Shown here: piece by piece, positions 1 through 11,445 of the stretch
Position numbering within the stretch: the first letter of the stretch is position 1
How the letters are laid out: each line of letters starts with the position of its first letter
Assembly: GCA_963514005.1 (NCBI GenBank)
Contig: OY740783.1
Location: 26,784,001-26,848,000, forward strand
Length of the DNA: 64,000 nt
Reading direction: 5' to 3'
Source: Raja brachyura
Lineage: Eukaryota
Made by a program: the position numbers and the translations under genes
Notes under the pieces: model-generated
Database searches by the model: none
The model's input: only the letters and a program-made list of their open reading frames with translations
What the model was told of the DNA's origin: nothing

Positions 1-110
1 CCTACACAATGTTAATAAATCTTGTTTTTCAGTTTATTACTACATTTTCACATTGAATTTATTTTCGATTTAACCATTTAACATTTAATTTGACAATTTA
101 ATACAAGATT

Positions 111-335
111 TAATAGGAATCTGAGGAGCAAGGGTGGTGGGTGTATAGAGCAAGCTGTCGGATAGATAGTTGAGCCAGGTACTATCACAACATTTAAGAA
201 ACATTTGGACAGGGACATGGATAGGATAGGGATATGGGCCAAACGCTGGCAGGTGGGACTAGTGTAGATGGGGCATGTTGATCATCGAGGGCAAGTTGAG
301 CCGAAGGGCCTGTTTCTATGATGTTTGACTCTTTG
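111..335 (+). mobile_element. CR1/HER1-type LINE 3' end fragment
   Basis: agggtggtgggtgta...aagctg...gggatatgggccaaacgc...gccgaagggcctgtttc, the same 3' end as the copy at 56400-56650. Confidence 0.8.
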
Positions 336-339
336 ACTA

Positions 340-445
340 GTTCACCGATTCCTTCTCTCCAGAGATGCTGCTTGTCCCACCGAGTTACTCCAGCTTTTTG
401 TTTCTATCTTCAGTTTAAACCAGTATCTGCAGTTCCTTCTTACAC
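340..445 (+). repeat. Penelope-derived short interspersed repeat
   Basis: ccttctctccagagatgctgc...gagttactccagc...atctgcagttcc, the same family as 46321-46452 and (inverted) 7267-7390. Confidence 0.65.
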
Positions 446-1303
446 AACAATTAGACAGTCATTTCCAAATCATAATAATACCACGAGGCATAACAGGCAC
501 ACAGTCCTCACCTCTATCTTCACCCCCCCCCCCCCCGCTACACATAGTTATAGTTGTCTCAGCTTCAATACACATACATAATTTTAGCTAAGATGATAGT
601 TGTGTTATTACATTATGCTGATTCGGTGAACCCTCAGTGCAGCAATGTGAAATACACCTGGTGTGACAGTTGCATTTTTTTCCGCCAAAATAATATCTCG
701 ATCGAACTATTCTAAAAATATATTAACCGGACATATAAAGACACCAACTAATGTGGCTTTGCATACAAAGTTTCCTTCTGCACTTTCAGGAATAATTTTA
801 TTACAACTCCAACATTTATTAAATGAATATTTCTGCGTTCAGCAACACAAATGGAGACCATTCAGTCTTAACGTAACATTATTCAGAAAGAACATAATTC
901 CTGCAAAAAATTAAAAGAAAATAAATGAAAAATGCATGCATGTGGTTGTTTGCAAATAATCTTTTTTTTGTTTTGCATAATACCAACTCTGCAAACCGCA
1001 TCCTTTAACTTGGTTTGAGGCTGGTGCCACTCCTCATTATAATCCACGAAGCAGACTATCCAGTTAGGCCAAGGAACAGAGCGCTTTCCAAAGCTTTTAA
1101 CATAGATTTACATTTTCCTCCTCAACTAGTCTGAAATTATGATTTCTCATGAAAATTACTATCTGTGATGCATCTATGAGTTTGAGAATTCATTACCCAT
1201 TATAATGGGTAAAAATTATATATCCAAACTAGATATACTTCCGGATAATATATTACAAGATGAGCAGCACAATTTTACACAATTATAGCTCAAAGATGCA
1301 TTT

Positions 1304-1413
1304 CCTACACAATGTTAATGAATCTTGTTTTTCAGTTTATTACTACATTTTCACATTGAATTTATTTTCGATTTAACCATTTAACATTTAATTTGACAAT
1401 TTAATACAAGATT
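1304..1413 (+). repeat. Local direct duplication, copy of 1-110
   Basis: 1-110 and 1304-1413 match with one visible mismatch (gttaataaat vs gttaatgaat). Confidence 0.95.
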
Positions 1414-1562
1414 GTATGCAGTTCTAATATTTGAAGATTGATTATAATGTAAGTCAGCTTTGAAACTTTGGAAGAAAATATGTTGTGAAGTTGCAAAAGC
1501 AGAATCTCTGATGTGAAATTGGGGAATAACTGCAAATGAATCTCGCTATGAAATCACTACAG

Positions 1563-1870
1563 GTGGCCACGGTGGCGCAGCGGTAGAGTTGCTGCCTCAC
1601 AGCGCCGGAGACCCGTGTTCGATCCCAACTACGTGTGCTGTCAGTAAGGAGTTTGCACATTCACCTCGTGACCGCGTGGTTTTTCTCTGAGATCTTTGGA
1701 TTCCTGCCTCATTCCAAAAATGTACAGGTATGTAGGTTAATTGGCTTGGTGTATGTGTATTTTGTCCCTAGCGTATGTAGGATAGTGTCAATTTGCAGGG
1801 ATCACTGGTCGGTGTGGACTCAGTGGGCAGAAGGGCCTTTTTCCAACATGTATCTCTAAACTAAACTAAT
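1563..1870 (+). mobile_element. tRNA-derived V-SINE (HE1-like)
   Basis: Box A TGGCGCAGCGG, box B GTTCGATCC, V-domain-like core (gagtttgcac...cgtgaccgcgtgg), CR1-like tail (gaagggcc) and a (TAAAC)n end. Confidence 0.85.
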
Positions 1871-2216
1871 AAGTCCATTCAATACCACTGTCAAATAGTT
1901 GACTTAGCTTACTTTGTCTGAACAAACAACATGACAGATGGAAACATAAGGCCATTGTTTCTGGAACTGCTAGAAGAAGAGCGCAAAGTGTAAATTTTGA
2001 AATTTTGAATTAAAATCAGTAATCAAATGCTGCAGATGTTGTAAATCTGAAATAAAAACTAAAAAGCTGGAAGTAATCAGCAGTTCAAGCAGCCTCCCTA
2101 AATGTTAACATTTCAAGTCAACCTAATTTGAAAGCCAGCATGCTTTAAATTCGCAGAGAGGTGAAAACAAAGGGAATCTTTGTGCAGACAGGAAAAACTG
2201 AATGGCACTGTGATAT

Positions 2217-3090
2217 GAGAGGGAGGTATAGGGGAAGAAGGAGAGAGGGGGAGAGAGGGGGAGGGGGGGAGAGAGGGGGAGGGGGGAGAGAGGGGGAGGG
2301 TGAGAGAGAGGGGGAGGGTGAGAGAGAGGGGGAGGGTGAGAGAGAGGGGGAGGGTGAGAGAGAGGGGGAGGGGGGAGAGAGGGGGAGGGTGAGAGAGAGG
2401 GGGAGGGTGAGAGAGAGGGGGAGGGTGAGAGAGAGGGGGAGGGTGAGAGAGAGGGGGAGGNNNNNNNNNNNNNNNNNNNNNNNNNNNNNNNNNNNNNNNN
2501 NNNNNNNNNNNNNNNNNNNNNNNNNNNNNNNNNNNNNNNNNNNNNNNNNNNNNNNNNNNNNNNNNNNNNNNNNNNNNNNNNNNNNNNNNNNNNNNNNNNN
2601 NNNNNNNNNNNNNNNNNNGGGAGGGGGTGAGAGGGGTGAGAGGGGGTGAGAGGGGGAGGAGGAGGGGGAGGGGGGGGGAGGGGGGAGAGGGGGAGGGGGT
2701 GAGAGGAGGAGGGGGTGAGAGGGGGAGGGGGGTGAGAGGGGGAGGGGGTGAGAGGGGGAGGGGGTGAGAGGGGGAGGGGGTGAGAGGGGGAGGGGGTGAG
2801 AGGGGGAGGGGGTGAGAGGGGGAGGGGGTGAGAGGGGTAAGGGGGTGNNNNNNNNNNNNNNNNNNNNNNNNNNNNNNNNNNNNNNNNNNNNNNNNNNNNN
2901 NNNNNNNNNNNNNNNNNNNNNNNNNNNNNNNNNNNNNNNNNNNNNNNNNNNNNNNNNNNNNNNNNNNNNNNNNNNNNNNNNNNNNNNNNNNNNNNNNNNN
3001 NNNNNNNNNNNNNNNNNNNNNNNNNNNNNNNNNNNNNNNGAGTGGGGGAGGAGGGAGAGAGGGGGAGGGTGAGAGAGAGGGGGAGGTGAG
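2217..3090 (+). repeat. Purine/G-rich minisatellite (unit ~GAGAGAGAGGGGGAGGGT) with two N gaps
   Basis: Tandem 18-nt units at 2284-2460 and shorter degenerate units after. Assembly gaps at 2461-2638 and 2848-3039. Confidence 0.95.
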
Positions 3091-4387
3091 CAGATACATG
3101 GAAATAGAAGAGATGGAGGGAAAATACTGGAATGGTGAGATAATCGATTACAGCAGTTGCTGGAAATTACAGATCAGACACCGTCCGTAGATAGAGAAAT
3201 CTCAAGCCCTTCAGGACTCAACATTGAAGTGAACAATATCAGAAAATTGACTTTTAATTTGTCTCAGAACAGCAATATTAAATTAGTATTTTTCTTTCTT
3301 CAACATGTAGCCTGACATGATGAATTTTCCTCATATTTCTTGTTCTTATTTCGGAAGTAAGCTCGCAACAAAAGCTTTGCACTGTACCTTGGTACACATG
3401 ACAATAAACTAAATTGAAACCGACATGCTGGTTTCCCAATAGATTCAATTGTAAATGGAGCTAAACTGGAAAAGAAAGTAATCAGTTTTAACATAGAATA
3501 TACAACAGTACAGCAAAGGACAGGCCCTTCAGCCCACAATGACTGTAACATCTAACCTTCTGAACATTCTGTATTTGTAGTCGGCAGGGCAGTACTCTGC
3601 ATATCACCAACAAAGATTCAGCCCTTTAATTGACATTGCAGTTCCTAAGTTAGTAAAGGAAAGAAAAGTTCTTTCTATTCACAATTTATGGTGTCTGTAC
3701 ACCTTTGAGAGTGATTGGAACCAGGGTGAACGCAGTCACAGAGTGACAGCATGAGATTTGGCTGTGATGTATGATTGAATAGCCTGCTAAAGACAGTCTG
3801 TCAAGCCTCATATATGACAGATGATGACTAGTTGGCTGAAGTAGCAAGATAAAGTGGCACCAGTGGGAACCCTATTCCAGTAAGGAATTGCACCCATCAG
3901 GAAAAGAAAACTGGCAGACAAAAACTGAAGTGAAACAAAAGAATCGCAAACACAAGATGGACAGCAAAACCTTGATTGTGTACTGCAGAAAAATTGATGT
4001 GGTGCTTTAGCAGAAGTTATACAGTATGCTTCAAAAGTCTATGGTTGTACAAAGAAAATCTCTATATTGAGGAAAACCATTTAGTAAGACATTGAGTTTC
4101 AACTACTCCATCATTCTTAGATTCTTAGGTGCACAGAGATCACAGGCATTATACATCCTATGTAGTGTAGTTGGCTACTAATTTAAAAATACCGTTTCCG
4201 CAAAGTATAGAGTACTGAATTTAGTCGAAATCGAAGAACTGTATTTATGGTTATAAATGCAATAAATTACAAGTATGAATTTCACGAATATAAATTAGTA
4301 GACTTGAAGTTTATGGTGATTAAAAAAGACATTATGTGTAAAATATTAATCAAGAAATACAGGTTGTGGTCTACACAAATATATAGA

Positions 4388-4958
4388 AAACAGACATAGA
4401 AAATAGGTGCAGGAGGAGGCCATTCGGCCCTTCGTGCCAGCACCACCATTCATTGTGATCCTGGCTGATCGTCCCCAATCAATAACCCGTGCCTGCCTTC
4501 TCCCAATTCCTTTGACTCCACTAGCCCCTAGAGCTCTATCTAACTCTCTATTAAATCTGTCCAGTGACTTGGCCTCCACTGCCCTCTGTGGCAGGGAATT
4601 CCATAAATTCACAACTCTCTGGGTGAAAAAGTTTTTTCGCACGTCAGTCTTAAATGACATCCCCTTTATTCTAAGACTGTGCCCCTGATTCTGGACTCGC
4701 CCAACATTGGGAACATTTTTCCTGCATCTAGCTTGTCCAGTCCTTTTACTTTTTTTATATGTTTCTATAAGATGCCCCCTCATCCTTTTTAATTCCAGTG
4801 AATTAAAGCCTAGTCTTTTCAATTTTCCTCATATGACAGTCCCACCATCCCAGGGATCAATCTTGTGAACCTACGCTGCACTGCCTCAATCACAAGGATG
4901 TCTTTCCTCAAATTAGGAGACCAAAATTGTACACAATACTGCAGGTGTGGTCTCACCT
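4388..4958 (-). mobile_element. CR1 LINE 3' fragment (ORF2 C-terminus and 3' UTR)
   Basis: Minus ORF 4346-4822 RLGFNSLELKRMRGHLIETYK...FFTQRVVNLWNSLPQ; (ctatgttt)-type tail. Confidence 0.92.
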
Positions 4959-5904
4959 GTATAGTTTGCAACTTTGCATAAAGGAAACAAAGAACTCAGA
5001 CCACACAGCAATAAATGAATAAGTCAATTAAGTAAAAGTAACAGTAATATATCCATATTAAAAAATGGTGTTAAAAGGAATTTCTTGTTAATATTTTTGT
5101 TATCATTATTTTTTGCCTGTAAAGGAATAGTAAAGTTGAAATTCTGTTGGCTATATTTTTTTAATCCAAATCTGTTTGCCCTAGTTAAGTCATTTTCCTC
5201 AATAGGATCAATATGAAACAAATAAGCCTTTAGAGTACAGATTTATTCTTTAAAAACCTAACAGATGTTGGATTAACTATATGTGTACTTACAATTTATA
5301 CATCATTAGAAATGACAATATTCATTTATGTTATTTATGAACAATTTATGATCATGTAATACAATATAAAATCCTAATAATAGTACCACAGCTGCAAAGA
5401 GTCCTTTATTCAAATGGGATTACATTATTTTTGCAAGAATAAAGTGAAATGTGGTGGGAAAATGGTACCAATAAAACGATGAATAGTTTGCTTTGGAAAT
5501 GCATAATAATCTGAAAACAAATACAAATAAATTATATTCAGACACAGAGAACCAATTGTAGTGTGGCGTATTTAGAGTCCGGACACATCTATATGACTTG
5601 GGAGGAATAGGAATGAAGGGGACACTAGGTCAGACCCGAGTATATCCCAGATGTCCAGAATGACCAAGGCAAAGATCTAGGGGTTTGACGGTTCCTTGTC
5701 CTTACAATCAAAAATTACATTTAGCAATGATAAATTCAGATTTAGCAAAGATAGGAACAAAAATATTGATGCAATTTTACAGATATTGAGTGGAACGGAG
5801 AAACTTAGATGTTTTCAGACACAACTCTTTGAAGGTAGAAGTCGATATGAATGTTTTTATCTTATATTGCAGGATCTTTGGCTTTCTGAATAGTGCCACA
5901 TAGT

Positions 5905-7000
5905 ATAAACATAGAACAGTACAGCATAGGAACAGGCACATCGGCCCACTATGTCTGTGCCGAACATGATGTCAAAGTAAACTAATTTCCTCTGTTTGCA
6001 CATGATGTGCAGACCTCCATTCCCTCCAAAGCCAAGTGCCTATCTAAGCCTCTTAAATGGCACTATTACATCTGCTTTTTTCACCATCACGCAGTTGTTC
6101 CAAACACCCACTAGTCTCTGTGTAAAAAAACTCTCTCCGCATATCTCTTTTACAATTTGCCCCTCTCACATTAAAGCTAGGCCTTCTAGGCATAAGGTCA
6201 TAAGTGGTAGCAGCAGAATTAGGCCATTTAGCCTATCACGTCTGCTCTGCCATTCAATCATGGCTGATCTATCTCTCCTAACCCAATTCTCCTGCCTTCT
6301 CCCCTTAGTCCTTGACATTTCAATCCTGGATAAAAGGTTCTGACCTATCCATGCCTTTCGTCATTTTCTCTACTTCGATTAAATCCCCTGTCAGCCTCCT
6401 ACGTTGCAGGAAAAACAATCCAAGTCTGTCCGGCCTCTCCTTATAGTTGATACCCTCTAATCTAAACAGCATGCTGGTAAACCACCTCTGTACTCCCGCC
6501 AAAGTCTCCACATCCTTCCTGTAATGGGGTGACCAGAACTGCACACAAATCTCCGAATGCAACCTAACCAAAGTCCTATAAAGTTGCAGCATGACTTACT
6601 GCCACTTTTACACTTTAATGCCCCAACCAACGAGGGCAAGCAAAAACCACATGGCTTCTTTGCCACTCTATTTGTGTTGCTCCTTTCAGGGAGTTGGATG
6701 TCGTTACCTCTGTATATCAATGTTGTTAAGGGTCTTGCCATTACTATATATTTTCCCCTTACATTTTGCTTCCGAAAGTGCAAGACCTCACAGTTGTTCA
6801 GATTAAGATCCATCTGCCACTTCTCTGACTATTTCTGTAATGATCTATAACCCACTGTATATTTTGACAGCCTTCCTTGGTGTCACGTGCAAACTTATTA
6901 ACCATCCCATCTACATTTACATTTAAATCATTTATATATACCCACAAATAACAGGTCCTAACACAGATTCCTGCAGAACTCCACTGGTTACAGGCCTAAA
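5905..7000 (-). mobile_element. Degenerate CR1 LINE with a nested CR1 tail (~6190-6315)
   Basis: LYRTLVRLHSEICVQFWSPHYRKDV and CEVLHF motifs in the minus ORFs 6320-6813. Confidence 0.85.
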
Positions 7001-7266
7001 ACAGATAATTACAAATTAATGGATATTTCCCAGTTAGAAGATCATTTCAATTTCGGGTAAGCTCTCATTAAGGGTGCAGAGGAGAATGACTTTAAGTGGA
7101 GAGACTAGAAAAACTGATACTGGTTTTAATAGAGTGAATAAGGAAAAACATTCTATTGAATCTTTCCGAAAGTTGAGTGCCAAGGCCAAGTTTAGAAGAC
7201 ACGTATTCTCGGGACCTACTGCAAATATCCATCTACTACTGTACAAATAAAATGTTGTGTTTAAGA

Positions 7267-7512
7267 TAGAACTGCAGATGCTGGAAAAATCGAAGGTAGA
7301 CAAAAATGCTGGAGAAACTCAGCGGGTGAGGCAGCATCTATGGAAGCGAAGGAAAAGGTGACGTTTCGGGTCGAGACCCTTCTTCAGACTGATGTGGGGG
7401 TGGGGGAAGAAGAAAGGAAGAGATGGAAACAGTAGGCTGTGGGAGAGCTAGGAAGGGGAGGGGAAGGAGGGAGAAAGCAAGGACTACCTGAAATTGAAGA
7501 AGTCAATGTTCA
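7267..7512 (-). mobile_element. Penelope-like element 3' end (ORF tail MNIDFFNFR* plus UTR)
   Basis: The minus frame ends ...MNIDFFNFR*, resembling a PLE endonuclease C-terminus. It is followed by a pyrimidine-rich UTR and a hammerhead core. Confidence 0.7.
7360..7387 (-). ncRNA. Minimal type I hammerhead ribozyme core (PLE-associated)
   Basis: Minus strand CUGAAGA-A-GGGUC-UC-GACCC-GAAAC-GUC: CUGANGA and GAAA boxes, perfect stem II, palindromic ACGU stem III, GUC cleavage triplet. Confidence 0.7.
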
Positions 7513-8626
7513 TACATTTATCTACATTATACTGCATCTGCCATGCATTTGCCCACTCAGCCAACCTATCCAAGTCACCTTGCAGCCTCCTCACAGCTAA
7601 CACTGCCCCCCAGCTTTGTGTCATCCGCAAACTTGGAGATGTTGCATTCAATTCCCTCATCCACATCATTAATATATATTGTAAATAGCTGGGGTCCCAG
7701 CACTGAGCCTTGCGGTACCCCACTAGTCACTGCCTGCCATTCTGAAAAGGACCCGTTTACTCCTACTCTTTGCTTCCTGTCTGCCAGCCAGTTCTCTATC
7801 CACATCAATAGTGAACCCCCAATACCATGTGCTTTAAGTTTGTATACTATGTGGGACCTTGTCGAAAGCCTTATAAAAGTCCAGATATAACACATCCACA
7901 GGTTCTCCCTTATACACTCTACTAGTTACATCCTCGAAAAATTCTATAAGATTCGTCAGACATGATTTACCTTTCAAAAATCCATGCTGACTTTGTCCAA
8001 TGATGATGCTATCCCATCTTTAATAACTGACTCTAGCATTTTCCCCACTACCGATGTTAGACTAACTGGTCTGTAATTCCCCGTTTTCTCTCTCCCTCCC
8101 TTTTTAAAAAGTGGGGTTACATTAGCTACCCTGCAATCCTCAGGAACTACTCCAGAATCTAAAGAGTTTTGAAAAATTATCACTAATGCATCCATTATTT
8201 CTGGGGCTACTTCCTTAAGTACTCTGGGATACTGCCTATCTGACCCTGGGGATTTATCGGCCTTTAATCCATTCAATTTACCTAACACCACTTCCCGGCT
8301 AACCTGGATTTCACTCAGTTCCTCCATCTCATTTGACCCCCGGTCCGCTGCTATTTCCGGCAGATTATTTATGTCTTCCTTAGTGAAGACAGAACCAAAG
8401 TAGTTATTCAATTGGCCTGCCATGTCCTTGTTCCCCATGACCAATTCGTCTGTTTCTGACTGCAAGGGACCTACATTTGTTTTAACTAATATTTTTCTCT
8501 TCACATATCTATAAAAACTTTTGCAGTCAGTTTTTATGTTCCCTGCCAGTTTTCTTTCATAATCTATTTTCCCTTTCCTAATTAAGCCCTTTATCCTCCT
8601 CTGCTGGATTCTGAATTTCTCCCAGT
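7513..8626 (-). mobile_element. CR1 LINE ORF2 fragment (pre-RT and RT)
   Basis: ANVTPLFKKGGREKTGNYRPVSLTSVVGKMLE; [20 protein letters not shown]; [11 protein letters not shown]. Frameshifts and deletions present. Confidence 0.95.
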
Positions 8627-8629
8627 AAA

Positions 8630-8962
8630 GGATATTTTTATACATTTGGGTTTCACCATGTAGAAATTACAGCAGAGGTGCTGGGACCACAGCTTTGCAT
8701 TGGTTACACCCAAATGTATAAAAATACCCTCCAAAAATTCCTCCAAACTTTTATTGCTGTTTATCAACATGGGGACCATGTTGTGCCAATGAAAGTCAAA
8801 GAAGCCATTATGAGACTGAGAAACAAGAATAAGACTGTTAGATACAACAGTCAAACCTTAGGCTTACCAAAATTAACTGTTTGGAACATCATTAAGAAGA
8901 AAGAGAGCACTGGTGAGCTTACTAATCGCATAGGGACTGGCAGGCCATGGAAGATGACAGAA
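8630..8962 (+). mobile_element. Tc1/mariner transposon fragment (transposase N-terminal HTH)
   Basis: From ATG ~8789: MKVKEAIMRLRNKNKTVRYNSQTLGLPKLTVWNIIKKKESTGELTNRIGTGRPWK, a paired-like HTH followed by a GRPR/K-like motif. Truncated by CR1. Confidence 0.8.
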
Positions 8963-10015
8963 GAATTCTGAGGCAGAGAATTCCACACACACAACTCTCT
9001 GTGTGAAAAAGTGTTTTCTCATCTCCGTTCTAAATGGCTTATTACTTATTCTTAAACTGTGGCCCCTGGTTCTCGACTCCTCCAACATCGGGAACATGTT
9101 TCATGCCTCTAGCACATCCAAACCCTTAATAATCTTATACGTTTCAATAAGATCCTTTCTCATCCTTCTAAATTCCAGAGTATAAAAGCCTAGCCGCTCC
9201 ATTCTCTCAGCATAACACAGTCCCGCAATCCCGGGAATTAACTTTGTGAACCTACTCTGCACTCCCTCAATGGCAAGATTATCCTTCCTCAAATTTGGAG
9301 ACCAAAACTGCACACAACACTCCAGGTGTGGTCTCACTAGCGCCCTATACAACTGCAGAAGGACCTCTTTGCTCCTATATTCAACTCCTCTTATTATGAA
9401 GGCAAACATGTCATTTGCATTCTTCACTGCCTGCTGTACCTACATGCTTACTTTCATTGACTGATGAACAAGGCCCCCCAGATCCCATTGTACTTACCCT
9501 TTTCCCACATGACACCATTTAGATAATAATCTGTCTTCCTCTTCTTGCTACCAAAGTGGATAACCTCACATTTATCCTCATTAAACTGCGTCTGCCATGC
9601 ATCTGCCCACTCACCCAACCTGTCCAAGTCACCCTGCATTCTCATAGCATCCTCCTCACCGTTCAAACTGCCACCCAGCTTAGTATCATCTGCAAATTTG
9701 CTAATGTTACTCGTAATCCCTTCATCTAAATCATTAATGTATATTGTAAATAGCTGTGGTCCCAGCACCGAGCCTTGCGGTACAACACTAGTCACTGCCT
9801 GCCATTCTGAAAGGGACCCTTTAATCCCTACTCTTTGTTTCCTGTCTGCCAACCAATTTTCTTTCAATGTCAGCACTGCATTCCCAATACCATGTGCCTT
9901 ACTTTTGCCCACTAATTTCCTATGTGGGACCTTATTGAATGTTTTCTGAAAGTCCAGGTACACTACATCCACTGGTTCTCCCTTGTCCATTTTCCTAGTT
10001 ACATCCTCAAAACAT
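8963..10015 (-). mobile_element. CR1 LINE ORF2 fragment (RT and C-terminus)
   Basis: VDVVYLDFQKTFNKVPH...PQGSVLGP...FADDTKLGG; LYRALVRPHLECCVQFWSP. Confidence 0.95.
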
Positions 10016-10729
10016 CCCAGAGTGATTTTATAGAATGTGTCCTGCAGTTTGTGGAAGACCCTGCAGATTTTACTCTGTAGGATATACAGGATGTCAGAAA
10101 TTACTCTGTTGGTGGTGTGGGGCTGTACAAAATTGACTGGAGGTGCGTCTGGGAATGTGCAAAATGTGTTCCGCAGGTGGTTTGAAACTGTGGAATTCAC
10201 ACAGGTATACTTCAAATCACCACGGCACTAAAATAAATTCACAAGGTTACAAATTTCCAGACATTTACGTTGGCATGTCAACAGACATTACATTACAAAT
10301 TAGGGATGAAATTAACTCTACTTTACATACCTCAGTATATTTGAGACGTTGATACAAATTTGTTCATTGTGATATGTGGAAAGGGCGACAGAAGCTGAAA
10401 ACACACTTTGATTTTATTAATAATTTGCCTTGTGATAGCTCTGGCATCTAATGACAATAAATCAGCCACCCATCACACATATCTCCCGAATGGTCTTATG
10501 AAGATGAGGGAAGATGCAGCAATTTACCTGAAGGGCCAAAAATGATAAAATGCTGATATGCAAACCATATGCGACAGATTGGAAATATGATATTGTCTGA
10601 ATTTTTTTTAATTGCTTCAGAATCTGTGCAAATTTAGTAGACAGGAATTAAAGTTGTTCGGGATAGAAATAGATTCCATGTGGTCCATCAGTAGGTTGGA
10701 GCAAGTTTATCAACTTCAGCAGCATGGTG

Positions 10730-11445
10730 GAGTAAAAAAAAAACAATCTATAGCAATGGTGCTGAAGTGAAATGGTTGAGAGCTTCAAGTTACTTAGTGC
10801 TAATATTACCAGTGATCTGGCGTAGATCACTACATTGTGATGATGGCAACCACATTGATGCGACAGCCAAGAAAGCACACCAACTCCCCTATTTCCTCAG
10901 GATATTTGGCATGTCTCCAGTGACTATTGTCAAGTTGCATCACAGCTTGGTTTGGGAATAGCCTTGTCCAAGCGCCCAATAAATTGCAGAGAGTTGTAGA
11001 TGTAGCCCAGTCCATCACAGAGACCAGACTCCCCACTATTGACTCCATCTACACTTCACACTGTATCAGAAAAACAGCCAACCTAATCAAAGATGTCCCA
11101 CCCTGGCCATTCGTTTTTCTTCTACTCCCATCAGGCAGAAGATACAGATGTTTGAAAGCATGCACCACCAAACTCAGCACAATTTTCTTGCTCTCTGTGA
11201 ATAGGCTTCTGAACAGTCCTTCCAAAAGCTATGCGTCTGAATCACCTCTACCCCACTATGGAACTGAACCGCTATAATGCTGAGAACTGTGTTCTGCACT
11301 CTTTATCTTCCCCTTTGCTCTATCCATTGTACTTGAGTTTGACTTAATTGTTTTTATGTATAGTATTATATGATCTGATTAAATAGCATGCAAAACAAAG
11401 CTTTTCACTGTATCTTGCCACACTTGATGATAATAAACCTAAACT
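10730..11445 (+). mobile_element. Rex1/Babar-type LINE 3' fragment
   Basis: CITAWFGN...LQRVVDVAQSITETRLPTIDSIYTSHC...LLPSGRRYR (DUF1891-like C-terminus); tail aaagcttttcactgta...taataaacctaaac. Confidence 0.8.

Noticed and set aside
1563-1635. tRNA-like sequence with box A and box B (also at 54086)
   Set aside because: SINE head followed by a V-domain and LINE tail. No complete cloverleaf.
2113-3190. Long Pro/Ser/Leu- and Gly/Glu/Arg-rich ORFs
   Set aside because: Translations of a GA minisatellite and N gaps, not genes.
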